From Leucoraja erinacea (Eukaryota): a DNA stretch of 64,000 nucleotides. This document shows positions 63,001 through 64,000 of this stretch, piece after piece. The notes below the pieces were generated by a model. The model was not told the origin of the DNA. It made no database searches and saw only the letters and a list, made by a program, of their open reading frames with translations. Each line of letters begins with the position of its first letter. Within the stretch, counting starts at the first letter, position 1. The translations under genes were made by a program, and so were the position numbers. Where the stretch lies: positions 69,006,001-69,070,000 of the forward strand of contig NC_073378.1 of the NCBI RefSeq assembly GCF_028641065.1, given 5' to 3'.

Positions 63001-63330
63001 GACAACCTCACTGTAGATCCTGTCCAGGAAATAATTATTTTCCCGAATGGCCCCGACGTCATCCAACTGCTGCTCCAGCTTCCAAACACGTTCATTCAGG
63101 AGCTGTACCTGGACACAATTTCCGTATGTGTGATTTCCAGAAGTGCCAGCAGTGTCCCTGACTTCCCACATCCTACAAGAAATACACTGCACCAACTTAC
63201 CTGCCATTTCTTTAACAGACACAAAAAAAATCACAGCTTTTGAATCAAGTGTAGCCTCCTTGCCTCAGTCTCCTCGCCGAAGACTCTTGAGCCAAGGACA
63301 CTCTTGAGACGCTCTTTTTAAACTGTCTTT
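60075..63330 (-). mobile_element. CR1 LINE retaining ORF1 and 5' UTR, 3'-truncated
   Basis: ORF2 remnants: YFNARGL (APE), SPGPDQIYPR, NYRPASLTS, SGVPQGSVLGPLLF, KFADD; ORF1 upstream. Confidence 0.92.
62536..63207 (-). pseudogene. CR1 ORF1 (zinc-finger-like/coiled coil plus SGNH esterase domain)
   Basis: VQCISCRMWEV, coiled coil, GDSIVRG, CCLPGARVQDV, VVVYVGKN. Confidence 0.85.
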
Positions 63331-63497
63331 CCCTGTGACCCACATTCTTTCTCACAGACTTTCAAGCCAATAGTCTCTGCTCTCTGCTTCTGCTTGCTGC
63401 TTCTCCGAGCTCCACATAAGGACTGGGACTAGGACCGGATCTTGTCGCTCTTTTCGGTCTTTCTTGGCTAAAAAATTATGATTATGATTATGATTAC

Positions 63498-63748
63498 AGC
63501 ACCAGAAACCCAGGTTCAATCCAGACTACTGATGCTGTCTGTACGGAGTTTGTACATTATTCCTCTAACCGCATGATTTTTTCCCAGGTGCTCCAGTTTC
63601 CTCCCACATTCCAAAGACGTACAGCTTTGTAGGTTAATTAGCTTCGTAAAGATTCTAAAGTATCTATAGTATATAGGATAGTGCTAATGCATGGGGATCG
63701 TTGGGTCGAATGGCCTGTTTCCATGCTGTATCTCTAAATAAACTAAAC
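63498..63748 (+). mobile_element. HE1-type V-SINE
   Basis: AGGTTCAATCC, TTTCCTCCCACATTCCAAAGACGTAC, CTAAA tail; preceded by (ATTATG)n. Confidence 0.85.
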
Positions 63749-64000
63749 AATCGTCAACATTACACCATAATGCACTATATTCAGCACTCTTTTTAGTTCC
63801 TTTCACTCTGCCTATTGTACTTTAGTTGGGCTCAATTATATTTATGGATAGTATTATCTGATTTGATTGGAGAGCATGCAAAACAATTTTTTTCACTGTA
63901 CCTCGTGAATACTAGTGAAACTAATAAACATCAATCACGACCAAAAGTGCTTCAGACAGAGGTAATGTCATTCCTTCCCGAATAGGATAGTGATACTTTG

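Overview
Vertebrate genomic DNA, most likely from an elasmobranch (skate, ray or shark), judged from many HE1-type V-SINEs and CR1/HER1 LINE tails. I found no host protein-coding exon I can support, so the window reads as repeat-rich intergenic or intronic DNA. It holds Rex1-type, L2 and CR1 LINE relics, Penelope-like fragments with hammerhead-like motifs, a DIRS1-type element with intact ITR/ICR structure and an embedded U2 snRNA fragment, two internally deleted Gypsy elements, three further isolated LTR copies and a Tc1 transposon. The main finding is a 4.4-kb LTR element (12764-17159) that has no pol gene. Its Gypsy Gag N-terminus continues through a 13x21-bp repeat, in frame, into about 13 IQ calmodulin-binding motifs resembling the ASPM IQ array. 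It has a perfect tRNA-Ser PBS and shares a ~330-bp leader with a pol-bearing Gypsy relic 16 kb away, the likely helper family. All family assignments come from motif recognition by eye; no database search was run.
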